Part shown: positions 9,379 through 20,596 of the stretch, one piece after another
Position numbering within the stretch: the first letter of the stretch is position 1
Layout: each line of letters begins with the position of its first letter
Source of the DNA: Trueperaceae bacterium
GTDB lineage: Bacteria > Deinococcota > Deinococci > Deinococcales > Trueperaceae
Assembly: GCA_034520945.1 (NCBI GenBank)
Contig: JAXHNB010000005.1
Location: 704,001-768,000 of the forward strand
Reading direction: 5' to 3'
Length of the DNA stretch: 64,000 nt
Position numbers and translations under genes: made by a program
Notes under the pieces: model-generated
The model's database searches: none
Told to the model about the DNA's origin: nothing
The model's input: the letters and a program-made list of their open reading frames with translations, nothing else

Positions 9379-10124
9379 GTGGGTGCCTCGCCGTACACCT
9401 CGCGCAAGGCCTTGACCAGGTCGGAGGGGGCGAGGTCATGCAGCAACTGTCCGTCGCGTGCCAGGGAGACGGTGCCGCGCTCCTCGCTCACCACGATCAC
9501 CAGTGCATCGCTGGTCTCCGCCAGCCCCAGCGCGGCGCGGTGCCGCGTGCCGAGTTGCGCCTCCCAGTCCTCCTGGCGTTCGGACAGCGGCAGGATGGCG
9601 CCCGCGAACGCGATGGTGGCGCCTTCCACGATCAACGCACCGTCGTGGAGGGGACCGCGGGAGTCGAACAGGCTCTCGATCACCTCCGCGCGGACCGGCG
9701 TGGCCAGGGGCGTGCCCGTCTCGCCGTACTCGCGGAGGGGGGTGCTGCGCTGCACGGCGATCAGTGCGCCGACGCGGCGCGCCGCCAGTTCGCGTACCGC
9801 GTCCATGATCTCCCGCACCGGGTCGCCCGCCACGTTGAGCGTGCCGCGGCCGCGTCCCACGCGTTCCAGCGCCCCGCGAAGCTCGGGCTGGAACACCACG
9901 ACGAGGGCAAGAATGCCGACCGGGGCCAGGCGGTCGAACACCCACTTGGTGCCCTCCAGGCCCACCGCGCTGGCGAGCAACCACAGGCCACCCAGTGCGG
10001 CCAGCCCGCGGAGGACGTTCCAGGCGCGCGATCCCAGGAGCAGCACGTAGCCTTGGTAGATCAGCACGGCCAAGATCGCGACGTCCACGGCTTCCAGCGG
10101 ACCGAAGCGATCGAGGATCGTCAC
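9375..10124 (-). CDS. cdaA: Diadenylate cyclase CdaA
   Basis: 3 TM helices, VVFQPELR, HDGA and GTRHRAA catalytic motifs, VVSEERG. Confidence 0.93.
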   Translation of the reverse strand: MTILDRFGPLEAVDVAILAVLIYQGYVLLLGSRAWNVLRGLAALGGLWLLASAVGLEGTKWVFDRLAPVGILALVVVFQPELRGALERVGRGRGTLNVAGDPVREIMDAVRELAARRVGALIAVQRSTPLREYGETGTPLATPVRAEVIESLFDSRGPLHDGALIVEGATIAFAGAILPLSERQEDWEAQLGTRHRAALGLAETSDALVIVVSEERGTVSLARDGQLLHDLAPSDLVKALREVYGEAPT

Positions 10125-10324
10125 GGGGCCTCCCTCGGCAGGTGGGACGGACGGACCCGCCGCCGCGCGCTGCGAGCGGCGGGTTGGTGTGGCGTACTCG
10201 GGTAGGATACCATTCACGCCGCATCGGCCGCGCGTCCGTCACGGCGTGGGCCCACGCGCCTCCACTCCGCCGGGGTGGAGGAGACCCGCCCCGCCCGGGG
10301 CGTCAGGGAACGGAGTATCGAATC

Positions 10325-11417
10325 ATGGAAGAACTGGTACGCAGGCTTCATCACATCCGGGGGTATCTTTGACCTGCCTGGCAAGGAGGCCAGGCTCCAC
10401 GAACTGGATCTGCAGCTGAACGACCCGTCCTTGTGGAATGATCCCAACCAGGCCAAACAGGTCACGCAGGAGGCTGCCCGCCTTCGTCGCGTCGTCGATA
10501 CCTACCGCACCCTCGAGGCGGACGTCGACGGCTTGGCGGAGCTGATCGAGTTGGCCTCGGAGGACGACGCCGACGAACTCGCCGACGAGCGCGCCCGCAT
10601 CGAGCGTGACCTCGAGTCGCTGTACCGCGAGACGCTGTTCCGCGGCGCGCACGACGAGCGGCCGGCCATCGTGACCATCAAGCCCGGGGCGGGCGGCACC
10701 GAATCGTCCGACTGGGCCGGCATGCTGTTGCGGATGTACCGCAGCTACGCCGCGCGCGCCGGCTACACGGTCGAGTTGTTGGATGCGGTGCCCAGCTCCG
10801 ACGCGCCGAACGGGGTGGACTACGCCCAGATCATCGTGCGGGGCGAGCGGGCGTTCGGGATGCTCTCGCCCGAGAACGGCGTGCACCGTCTGGTGCGCGT
10901 CAGTCCATTCGACGCGCAGGGGCGGCGGCACACCAGCTTCGCCTCGGTCGAGGTGATGCCGGAGATCGACGCGTCGATCGAAGTCGACATCGACCCCAAG
11001 GACGTACGCGTGGACGTCTACCGGTCGTCGGGACCGGGCGGCCAGTCGGTCAACACGACCGACTCGGCGGTGCGCGTGGTGTATTGCGGGGGCACGCCGG
11101 ACGAGATCGTGGTGACCTGCCAGGACGGCAAGAGTCAGATCAAGAACCGCGAGAAGGCGATGACGGTGCTGCGCAGCCGCTTGTTCGAGCGCGAGGAGCG
11201 CCGCCGGCGCGAGGAGCAGATGAAGGCGCGCGGCGAGCAGAAGGCGATCGAGTGGGGCTCGCAGATCCGCAGTTACGTGCTGGACAAGCGGTACGTGAAG
11301 GATCACCGCACCGGCGAGATGCGGCACGACCCCGACGACGTGCTGGACGGCGACATCGAGGATCTTCTCTGGGCCGGGCTGGAGTGGCAGGCCGCCCAAA
11401 CGTCCGCCGCGGCCTGA
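10325..11417 (+). CDS. prfB: Peptide chain release factor 2 (programmed +1 frameshift at 10367-10373)
   Basis: ATG 10325 [19 protein letters not shown], GGGGG TAT CTT TGA C; +1 frame has SPF and GGQ motifs. Confidence 0.96.
10359..10373 (+). promoter_or_regulatory. prfB +1 frameshift cassette (internal SD plus CTT TGA C)
   Basis: GGGGG-TAT-CTT-TGA-C matches the canonical RF2 autoregulatory site. Confidence 0.95.
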
Positions 11418-11442
11418 GCCGGTCGGGGCGGGGAGGCGGGCC

Positions 11443-12066
11443 GTGCGCGTCCTGGCGATCGCCGACACCGTATCGCCGTTCGTGTACACCCCGTCGTTTC
11501 CGCACAACCTGCCGCCGTTCGACCTGGTGGTGTCCGCCGGCGACATGCCGGGGTACGTGCTGGAGTTCGTCGCCACCAAGCTGACGGTCCAACCGCTGTA
11601 CGTGATGGGGAACCACGCCAACGGCTACCTGCGCGACCCGCAGGACCGCTTGGTGCGACCCGGCGGCTGCATCGACGTGCACCGCCGCGTGACGATGCAC
11701 CATGGGCTGTTGGTGGCCGGCTTCGAGGGCAGCGCCCGCTACAAGCCCGGACCGCACCAGTTCAGCGACGCGGAGTTTTCAAGGATGGTGGCGGGCATGA
11801 CGCCGCGCTTCGCCTGGAACCGGTTCGCCCGCGGCCGCGCGCTGGACCTCTTGCTCACGCATGCGCCCCCCAAGGGGCCGCACGAGGGCACCGACCGGCC
11901 TCACCGCGGCATCGGCGCCTTCAACCGCCTGCACCGCTGGTGGCGCCCGCGCGTGCACGTGCACGGCCACGTGCACCTCAGCGGCGCCAACGCCCCGCGC
12001 GAGTACGTCACCGACGAGGGCGTGCGCGTGATCAACGCCTTCGGCTTCGCGGTGTTCGAGCTGTAG
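11443..12066 (+). CDS. Metallophosphoesterase (calcineurin-like)
   Basis: IAD, AGD, GNH, THAPP, HGHVH motifs. Confidence 0.88.
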   Translation: MRVLAIADTVSPFVYTPSFPHNLPPFDLVVSAGDMPGYVLEFVATKLTVQPLYVMGNHANGYLRDPQDRLVRPGGCIDVHRRVTMHHGLLVAGFEGSARYKPGPHQFSDAEFSRMVAGMTPRFAWNRFARGRALDLLLTHAPPKGPHEGTDRPHRGIGAFNRLHRWWRPRVHVHGHVHLSGANAPREYVTDEGVRVINAFGFAVFEL

Positions 12067-12131
12067 CCCGGGTGAACGGTGCGACGCCGGGCGACGCGCG
12101 GACCCGGCCGCGCACGCTAGCGTCGGGCGTG

Positions 12132-13157
12132 ATGGACCGCGCGACAGCGACCCCGGAGTTGGATCACGCCTGGCACGCCCTGAGCCGCGGGGCCGTGTTC
12201 ACGCCGCTCGCATCGGTGGAGGCGCTCCGCGTCCACGGCGACGACCGCCTCGACTTTCTGCAGGGACAGCTGGCGCACGACGTGCGCGGCCTCGCGGTCT
12301 CTCAGGTGCAGCGCGCGTTGCTGCTGGACGTCAAGGGGCACGCCCGGGCCGAGGTGAGTGTGCAGCGGGCCGAGGGGGCGATCGACCTGGTGGTCGAGGA
12401 CGGGGCGGCGCCGTGGGTGCGCGAACGCTTGCAGCGCTACGTCGTCTTCGACCAGGTCGAGATCGACCCCCTGGACGGCGCGCTGACGTCGTTCACGGTG
12501 CAGGGACCGGAGGCGTTCGCCACCCTGCAGCGCACGGGCCTTCCGGTCCCCTCGCAGGGGCAAACCCTGGAGGCGTCCGTGGCGGGCGCGACGGTGCGTC
12601 TGGCCCGCGCGCGCCGCTCGGAGCCGGGCGGGGTGGATCTGTACGTGTTCGGCGACGGCGCCGGCGCGCTGGCCTCGGTCGTGCGGCGGGCGGGGGCGGT
12701 GGAGGCACCGTGGGCGCTGCTCGAGGCGTCACGCGTCGCGGCGGGGCTGCCGCGAGCCGTCCCCGACGCCGGCGCCGGCGTGCTCCCCCAGGAGGCCGGC
12801 CTGCACGACGCCTTCAGCACCCGCAAGGGCTGCTATCTGGGGCAGGAGATCATGGCGCGCCTGGAGGCCCGGGGCCGCGTCAAGCGGGCCCTGGTGGGGC
12901 TGCGCTTCGAGGGCGCGCCGCCCTCGGCCACGGCGGACGGCGGGACGGGGCACGCGGGGGGCGCTTCGGCCCGCCTTCCCGTCCTGCACGGCGAACGCAG
13001 CGTCGGTGTCCTCGGCACGGTCGCCGTGCACCCGGTGCATGGCGCGATCGCGCTGGCGGTCCTCCGCCGCGACGTGCCCCAGGACGCGGCGCTGGTGGTG
13101 GGCGGCGCGCCGGCGTCGGTGGTGCCGCTGCCGCTCACGGCGCAGGCGGTGTCCTGA
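12132..13157 (+). CDS. ygfZ: Folate-binding YgfZ/GcvT-family protein
   Basis: KGCYLGQE signature, DRLDFLQGQ; start may be GTG 12129. Confidence 0.9.
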   Translation: MDRATATPELDHAWHALSRGAVFTPLASVEALRVHGDDRLDFLQGQLAHDVRGLAVSQVQRALLLDVKGHARAEVSVQRAEGAIDLVVEDGAAPWVRERLQRYVVFDQVEIDPLDGALTSFTVQGPEAFATLQRTGLPVPSQGQTLEASVAGATVRLARARRSEPGGVDLYVFGDGAGALASVVRRAGAVEAPWALLEASRVAAGLPRAVPDAGAGVLPQEAGLHDAFSTRKGCYLGQEIMARLEARGRVKRALVGLRFEGAPPSATADGGTGHAGGASARLPVLHGERSVGVLGTVAVHPVHGAIALAVLRRDVPQDAALVVGGAPASVVPLPLTAQAVS

Positions 13158-13204
13158 AGAGGCGCCTGCGTGCGCGCCGGGGTCCGCGCTGCTATCGTGG
13201 CCGC

Positions 13205-14851
<1,647 letters not shown>

Positions 14852-14900
14852 CGCGTCGGCGCGCCGGCAGGGGGCGCGCGCCCGCCCGAAGGGAGGATGC

Positions 14901-15329
14901 ATGGAACGACCGATTCGCGTGCTCGTTGCCAAACCCGGTCTGGACGGCCACGACCGGGGGGCCAAGGTGATCGCGCGGGCCCTGCGGGACGCCGGCATGG
15001 AGGTGATCTACACCGGTCTGCGGCAGACCGCCCCGATGATCGTCTCCGCCGCGGTGCAAGAGGACGTCGACGCCGTCGGCCTGTCGGTGCTCTCGGGCGC
15101 CCACATGCACTACTTCCGGGAGGTCGTTCAGGGCCTCCGCGAGGCGGGGGCCGACGACGTGCTGGTCTTCGGCGGCGGCATCGTGCCGGACGACGACATG
15201 GAGGAGCTTCGCGGGCTCGGGGTGGGACGGATCTTCACGCCCGGCGCCTCCACGCGCGACGTGATCGCCTACGTCCGGGCGGAGGTGGCGGGCGCGCGCG
15301 AGCCCGCCGGACCGGCCGGCGGACCGTGA
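14901..15329 (+). CDS. Acyl-CoA mutase small (cobalamin-binding) subunit
   Basis: [10 protein letters not shown] (DxHxxG), SVLSGAH, GGGI; SD GGAGG. Confidence 0.93.
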   Translation: MERPIRVLVAKPGLDGHDRGAKVIARALRDAGMEVIYTGLRQTAPMIVSAAVQEDVDAVGLSVLSGAHMHYFREVVQGLREAGADDVLVFGGGIVPDDDMEELRGLGVGRIFTPGASTRDVIAYVRAEVAGAREPAGPAGGP

Positions 15330-15457
15330 GCGGGGCGCCGCGGCGCCCCGGGTCGCTCGCGGTGTCCACCCGCGTTTCATGATTCTCTCACCCGTTTTCG
15401 GGCTGCGGCCGTTAGGTTGGAGCGCGTGTACAGCTACGGTCTAGGATCCATCGACGA

Positions 15458-16444
15458 ATGACGTTTCGCATTCTGGCCCTGAGCATCCTCGTCGCCACCG
15501 GTACCTTCGTCATCGCGGAGGGGTATGCGCTGCGAACGGTGCAGCGCGGCGACCTCCTCAGCACCATCGCGGACGCGTACGACATCCCCGTCGACGCGTT
15601 GCGCGAAGCGAACGACTTAGACAGCGAGATCATCCACCCGGGAGACGTGTTGCGCGTGCCGTTGGGCGAAGCCCGAGGCGGCGTCGCGGACCCCGCCCCC
15701 GAACCGCCCCCCGGGTTCCATCGCCACGTTTTGAAGAGCGGCGAGACGTTGTCCGAGGTCACCTCCCGCTACGACATCGACCTGGAGGCGCTGGTCGGTG
15801 CCAATCCGGACCTCAGTTCGCTGGACCGCCTGCCGGTCGGGGTGGAGTTGTTGATCCCGCCCGGGCCCGGTCTGCTGGTCACCTGGAAGCCGGGCGACGA
15901 CCTCGGCGCGTTGTTGCGTGCCCACGGGGCCGAGCCCACCGAGGTGTTGCGCCGCAACCGCATCCATGCCCCCTCCGATCTGGAGCCGGGCATGTTGCTG
16001 TGGTTGCCCGGGGTGTCGCCGGATGGGGCCCTGGAGCGCTTGGCCAAGGTCCGCGAGCAGGAGAACCGCTACGTATGGCCGGTCCACGGGCGGATCACCA
16101 GCTACTACGGACGCCGCAACCTCGGGCTGGGAACCTCCAGCTTCCACCGGGGCATGGACGTCGCCGCCCCGTCGGGCACGGCCATCGTCGCGGCCAGGAG
16201 CGGCACCGTCAGCTTCGCGGGTTGGTCCGGCAGCTACGGGTACCTGATCAAGATTCGCCACCATGGCAACGACGAGACCTGGTACGCCCACCAGAGCCAG
16301 CTCCACGTGGGCGTCGGGGATTGGGTCGAACAGGGTCAGACCATCGGGCGCGTGGGGTCCACCGGCCTGAGCACGGGGCCGCACGTCCACTTCGAGATCC
16401 GCCGCAACGGTCAGGCGCGGGACCCCCTCAGCGAGCTGAACTGA
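15458..16444 (+). CDS. LysM-containing M23 peptidase
   Basis: Signal peptide, LysM repeats (VQRGDLLSTIA, LKSGETLSEV), HRGMD and HVH zinc motifs. Confidence 0.9.
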   Translation: MTFRILALSILVATGTFVIAEGYALRTVQRGDLLSTIADAYDIPVDALREANDLDSEIIHPGDVLRVPLGEARGGVADPAPEPPPGFHRHVLKSGETLSEVTSRYDIDLEALVGANPDLSSLDRLPVGVELLIPPGPGLLVTWKPGDDLGALLRAHGAEPTEVLRRNRIHAPSDLEPGMLLWLPGVSPDGALERLAKVREQENRYVWPVHGRITSYYGRRNLGLGTSSFHRGMDVAAPSGTAIVAARSGTVSFAGWSGSYGYLIKIRHHGNDETWYAHQSQLHVGVGDWVEQGQTIGRVGSTGLSTGPHVHFEIRRNGQARDPLSELN

Positions 16445-16499
16445 GGACGCGGCGTGCGTGCCCCGCCGGGCACGCACGTACCGAATTCGTAAAGCACGC

Positions 16500-16529
16500 G
16501 GGGCCGCGCGGCCCAGGTCGCGCGGCCCC
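16500..16529. terminator. GC-rich hairpin between convergent genes
   Basis: GGGGCCGCGCGGCC-CA-GGTCGCGCGGCCCC; a second hairpin lies at about 16454-16477. Confidence 0.55.
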
Positions 16530-16550
16530 TCACGGTTGCAGGGCGGTCGC

Positions 16551-17255
16551 TCAGGCGGCCTGCTTGGCCCAAAGGATCCGGCCGCAGCTGGGACAGCGCA
16601 CGGTGGCCCGCCCCTTGCGGGCCTTCTGCACGACGTAGATCGGCAGTTGCACGTTGCAGCCGCCGCAGCGGCGCTCGCCGACGATCTCGGCGAGGCCGAC
16701 GCCGCGACGAGCCCGGCGCACCTGCTCGTACTGCGCGAGGAGATCGTTCGGTACCTCCGCGGCCAACGCGTCGCGGGTCTCGCGAAGGGTTCCCTCCTTC
16801 TCGTCGATCATGCGTTGCCGCTCGGTCTCGTCGGCCTCCATGGATTCCAGCTCCGGCGCCAAGGAGGCGCGCTTGGTCTCGAGCTCCTCGACCACCCCGT
16901 TCAAGCGCTCGAGCTCCTCCATCAGCGGAATCGTGTCCTCCTCCAGCTCCTGCTGGCGGGTGGCGAACTGAAGCTCCTGGTTTTGGTACTGCGCCGCCTC
17001 CTTGGGCGTGGAGGCGCGCAGCGACGCCGCGGACGCCTCCTTCTTGCGGGCGGTGAGGCCTTCGAGCTCCCGTTCGGCCTCCCGCACGCGCCGTCGCAGC
17101 TCGTCGCGTTCCGCGGTGCGGGTCGCCAGCGCCGCATCGAGGTCTTCGAGCTCCTTGCGCGCCGTGACCAGCTCGGCGGGCACGTCGGCCCGCTCCGCGT
17201 CCAGCGCGTCGAGCTCCAGGTCCTTCGACTGGACCTCGCTCAGTCGTTCCAGCAT
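16551..17255 (-). CDS. Coiled-coil C4-type zinc-ribbon protein (CT398/DUF164-like)
   Basis: Long coiled coil, then CGGC...CPSCGRIL; SD GGAGG before ATG 17255. Confidence 0.88.
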   Translation of the reverse strand: MLERLSEVQSKDLELDALDAERADVPAELVTARKELEDLDAALATRTAERDELRRRVREAERELEGLTARKKEASAASLRASTPKEAAQYQNQELQFATRQQELEEDTIPLMEELERLNGVVEELETKRASLAPELESMEADETERQRMIDEKEGTLRETRDALAAEVPNDLLAQYEQVRRARRGVGLAEIVGERRCGGCNVQLPIYVVQKARKGRATVRCPSCGRILWAKQAA

Positions 17256-17295
17256 CTCGTCCTCCCCCGTGGGGTGCACGCCCCGCGCGGCCCAC

Positions 17296-17327
17296 AAGAA
17301 GAACTCCGCTCGCAACGGCGAACGGAG
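17296..17327 (-). terminator. Intrinsic terminator in the leader of the zinc-ribbon gene
   Basis: Minus strand CTCCGTTCGC-CGTT-GCGAGCGGAG (10-bp stem, one G-U) followed by TTCTTCTT. Confidence 0.7.
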
Positions 17328-17340
17328 CGTCGATTCATGA

Positions 17341-17391
17341 CTACGACCCGCGCGTCGGCGCGAAGCCGCATTGTGCGAACGCACTCTTCAC
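17341..17391 (-). CDS. Putative leaderless leader peptide MKSAFAQCGFAPTRGS
   Basis: GTG lies 7 nt after extended -10 TGGTATATT (17399-17407); ORF ends 13 nt before the terminator stem. Confidence 0.4.
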   Translation of the reverse strand: MKSAFAQCGFAPTRGS

Positions 17392-17430
17392 GTCCGGGAA
17401 TATACCACGACGTGCGGGTATGCTCCAGGC

Positions 17431-17892
17431 ATGATCGAAGAGGGGCCCGACTCGTTCATGCAGCATTGGCGCGCCTACGCCGCGCAGGCCACGTTGTTCC
17501 CGCGCCCCGAAGGGACACCGATGCTGGAGGCCGAGGTCGCGGGCTGCATCCTGCAACTGTTCGAGCGGACCAACCCCTACCACGCGCCCCCGGGCCCGGC
17601 GCGCCTGGTGCTGCACGTCACGGCGGAGCGGTGGGACCCCGCCGAGGTCGGCGAGGCGTCGTTGCGCGTGCCGGTGCTCGGCACCCTTCACGGCCGAGGC
17701 CGCGTCAAACACCGGGAGGGACGCACCGTGGTCGTCGATGCCGGCGCGCCGCTGGTCCTGACCTTCGCCGGGACCGACGCGCCGGCGCCGGAGGGCCGCT
17801 GGATCCACTTCGAGGCGCCCGCGCCGCTGCACGCCTTCGTCCTGCCGCCGGTCCGCAAGAGCGCCGCCACCCCGGTCGACGACGCACTGTAG
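17431..17892 (+). CDS. Hypothetical protein (beta-rich)
   Basis: Protein-like composition; TATGCT-N6-ATG leaderless start. Confidence 0.7.
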   Translation: MIEEGPDSFMQHWRAYAAQATLFPRPEGTPMLEAEVAGCILQLFERTNPYHAPPGPARLVLHVTAERWDPAEVGEASLRVPVLGTLHGRGRVKHREGRTVVVDAGAPLVLTFAGTDAPAPEGRWIHFEAPAPLHAFVLPPVRKSAATPVDDAL

Positions 17893-17984
17893 GCCGGCCA
17901 CCGCCGGCGCGCGCAAGGCCGCCGCCGGGCGCAGGTAGCCGGACCTGGCGCGCGGCGCGGCTAGGTCTGCTACCGTCCCTGGCG

Positions 17985-19373
17985 ATGCCGCGTCGCGACC
18001 CCTCTCCCCCCATGGCCCCGGTCCACGCCGTCACCCCCGGCAGCCCCGCCGACGTCGCCGGCGTCGAGGCCGGATGGTCGCTGCTCTCGGTGAACGGCTG
18101 CGAGATTCCGGACGTCCTGGCCTACCGGCGCGAGCTGGCGCGGGGCGAAGCGGAGCTGCGCGTGCGCGCGCCCGGCGGGGCCGAGACCTCGTTCCAGGTG
18201 GCGTGGGAGGATCCCGGGTTGGCGTTCGATGACGTGATCTTCGACGGCATCCGCCTGTGCGCCAACAAGTGCGAGTTCTGCTACGTGCACCAGATGCCGC
18301 AGGGGTTCCGCAAGAGCCTGTACGTGATGGACGACGACTACCGCACCAGCTTTTTGTACGGAAGCTTCGTCACCCTCACCAACCTGAGCGAGGGCGACGT
18401 GCAGCGCATCCTGGACGAGCACCTCAGCCCGCTGTACGTGTCGGTGCACACCGCCGACGAGGACCTGCGGCGCGACATGATGAAGTGGTGGCGCTCGAAG
18501 GTGAAGAGCGAAGCGACCACGCGGATCCGCCACATGATCGAGCGCCTGGCGCCGATCGATCTGTATGCGCAGATGGTGCTCCTCCCCGGCCGCAACGACG
18601 GCGAGCACCTGGAGCGCACCCTGGCCTACCTGGCGTCGCGACCCAACGTGCAGGCCGTCGCCGCCGTCCCCGTGGGCCTGACGGCGCATCGCACCAACCT
18701 GCCGGACCTGAAGCCGTACGACGCTGAGGAGGCGCGCGACGTGGTGCGGCGCGTGCAGGCGTTCCAGGAACGAATGCTGCGCGAGCGGGGCACGCGCTTC
18801 GTGTTCCTGTCCGACGAGTTCTACCTGCGGGCCGGCGTGTCGCTTCCGGACGCCGACGCCTACGAGGGATTCCCGATGTTGGAGAACGGCGTCGGCATGG
18901 TCCGCGACTTCCTGGCCCGTCCGCTGCCGCCGCTGCCGGCGCGGCTGCCGGTGCCGCGGCGCGTGCTGTTGGCGACGGGCAGCCTGTTCGCGCCGGCGCT
19001 GGCGCGCGCCGTCGCGCCGTTGCGGCGGATCGAAGGATTGGAGCTGGAGGTGCGCGCCATCCCCAACCGGACGTTCGGCGAGGTCACCACCGTGGCGGGC
19101 CTGCTGGCGGGGCGCGACCTGCTGCTCGGGGTCCAGCCGGGCGAGGCGGACCTGATGCTGGTCAGCCCCAACGTGGTCAAGTACGGCACCGACGCGTTCC
19201 TGGACGAGCGCACCCTGCCGGAGCTCCGGCGCGAGCTGGCGATGGAGATCGAGGTGGGCGGCACCGACCTGGCCGAGCTGGCGCGGAGCATCCTGACCGG
19301 CACCGGCGAGCGGCACCTGCCCCAGTTCGGGTTCTCGACCCACGCCGTCAAGGAGAACGCCAAGCAACACTGA
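17985..19373 (+). CDS. DUF512 radical-SAM-like Fe-S protein with N-terminal PDZ
   Basis: VTPGSPA PDZ, CANKCEFC, DDDYRTSFLYGSFVTLTN, ENGVG, VAGLL. Confidence 0.88.
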   Translation: MPRRDPSPPMAPVHAVTPGSPADVAGVEAGWSLLSVNGCEIPDVLAYRRELARGEAELRVRAPGGAETSFQVAWEDPGLAFDDVIFDGIRLCANKCEFCYVHQMPQGFRKSLYVMDDDYRTSFLYGSFVTLTNLSEGDVQRILDEHLSPLYVSVHTADEDLRRDMMKWWRSKVKSEATTRIRHMIERLAPIDLYAQMVLLPGRNDGEHLERTLAYLASRPNVQAVAAVPVGLTAHRTNLPDLKPYDAEEARDVVRRVQAFQERMLRERGTRFVFLSDEFYLRAGVSLPDADAYEGFPMLENGVGMVRDFLARPLPPLPARLPVPRRVLLATGSLFAPALARAVAPLRRIEGLELEVRAIPNRTFGEVTTVAGLLAGRDLLLGVQPGEADLMLVSPNVVKYGTDAFLDERTLPELRRELAMEIEVGGTDLAELARSILTGTGERHLPQFGFSTHAVKENAKQH

Positions 19374-19409
19374 GCGGAGGCCCGCCCCCCAGCCCGGTAG
19401 CATGGGGGC

Positions 19410-19625
19410 ATGGTGCTTCGTCTGGATCTCACCCATGTGGACGTGACCTGCGTCGGGTCCCACCAAGGGTTGGCGTTGGCGCGGGCGTTGGACGCGTGGG
19501 CGCCTCGCCTGGACGCCGCCGCGCTGGGCGAGCTGCTCGGCAAGGTGTACACCTACGGCCTGATGGGGCGCGAAGGCTTCGAAGACGTACGCCGCGAGCT
19601 CGAGGATGCCGGCGTCGAGGCCTGA
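19410..19625 (+). CDS. Small hypothetical protein (71 aa)
   Basis: TAGCAT-N6-ATG; GC3-biased codons; overlaps next gene. Confidence 0.6.
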   Translation: MVLRLDLTHVDVTCVGSHQGLALARALDAWAPRLDAAALGELLGKVYTYGLMGREGFEDVRRELEDAGVEA

Positions 19626-20532
19626 GCCCGACGCCGCGCACGCCGCGGCGGCGGGCGGCGGGCGTCCGGCACGGACCCTGCGGACCTACCTGGCGTTCGT
19701 CAAGTTCGAACACACCCTGTTCGCGCTGCCCTTCGCCTACGCCGGCATGGTCCTCGCGGCCCGCGGGTGGCCCGGCTGGGTCACCTTCGCGTGGATCACC
19801 CTGGCGATGGTGGGCGCACGGACGGCGGCCATGGCGGTCAATCGCGTGGTGGACGCCGAGATCGACGCCCGAAACCCACGAACCCGTGGCCGCGAGATCC
19901 CCAGCGGCCGCCTGCGCCGCCGCGACGGACTGGCCTTGGCGGCGGCGGGGTTCGCGGCGTTGGCGTGGGCCGGCTGGTCGCTGAACCCGCTGACCTTCGC
20001 GCTGCTGCCCCTCGCCGTGGCGTTCATGGTGGTCTACCCCTACACCAAGCGGCTGACGTGGGCGTGCCACGCCTGGCTCGGCGTCACCATCGGGGCGGCC
20101 GCCGCGGGGGGCGCCATCGGCGTCACCGGCCGCATGGACCTGCAGGCGATCACGCTGTGGCTGGCGGTCGCCGCGTGGATCGGGGGGTTCGACGTGGTGT
20201 ACGGCCTGCTCGACCTGGAGGTCGACCGTCGCCAAGGCATCCAGAGCGTGCCGGCTCGGTTCGGGCCCGCCGTCGCGCTCCGCGTGGCCGCGTGGGCGCA
20301 CGCCGTCTCGTTGCTGACGTTGATCGGGCTGGCGGCGGTGACGCCCTTGGGCGCCTTGTACCTGGTCGTGGTGATCCTCGGCGTCGGGCCGATCCTGGCA
20401 CTGCAGCACCTGCTGTTGCGCCGGCGGGGGGTGGCCGCGGCGCTGCGCGCCTTCAACGCCAACCTGTGGGTGTCGGGTCTGGTGTTGCTCGGCGTGACCC
20501 TCGACCTGGCGGGGTTCGCCGGGGCGCTGTGA
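19606..20532 (+). CDS. UbiA-family prenyltransferase (MqnP-like)
   Basis: VKFEHTLFALPFAY, NRVVDAEIDARNPRT, YPYTKR, GFDVVY; multiple TM helices. Confidence 0.88.
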   Translation: MPASRPEPDAAHAAAAGGGRPARTLRTYLAFVKFEHTLFALPFAYAGMVLAARGWPGWVTFAWITLAMVGARTAAMAVNRVVDAEIDARNPRTRGREIPSGRLRRRDGLALAAAGFAALAWAGWSLNPLTFALLPLAVAFMVVYPYTKRLTWACHAWLGVTIGAAAAGGAIGVTGRMDLQAITLWLAVAAWIGGFDVVYGLLDLEVDRRQGIQSVPARFGPAVALRVAAWAHAVSLLTLIGLAAVTPLGALYLVVVILGVGPILALQHLLLRRRGVAAALRAFNANLWVSGLVLLGVTLDLAGFAGAL

Positions 20533-20596
20533 GCCCCGTGGCGGCGTCGGACGCCCCGGCGACGCGCCTGCGCTGCGGCGTTGATAGCCTGGAGGG

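Noticed and set aside
10275..10372. prfB as a frameshifted pseudogene
   Set aside because: The break is the canonical programmed CTT TGA C site with an internal SD.
15330..15457. Possible c-di-AMP riboswitch or CRP-like site upstream of the LysM-M23 gene
   Set aside because: No ydaO conserved elements recognised. The TGA-N5-TCA spacing does not fit CRP, and the palindrome near 15331-15350 is better explained as the mutase terminator.
16458..17984. Extension of the 971-aa DUF512 ORF, suggesting a fusion
   Set aside because: Stop-free run across two other genes, Arg/Pro/Gly-rich nonsense; typical of high-GC DNA.
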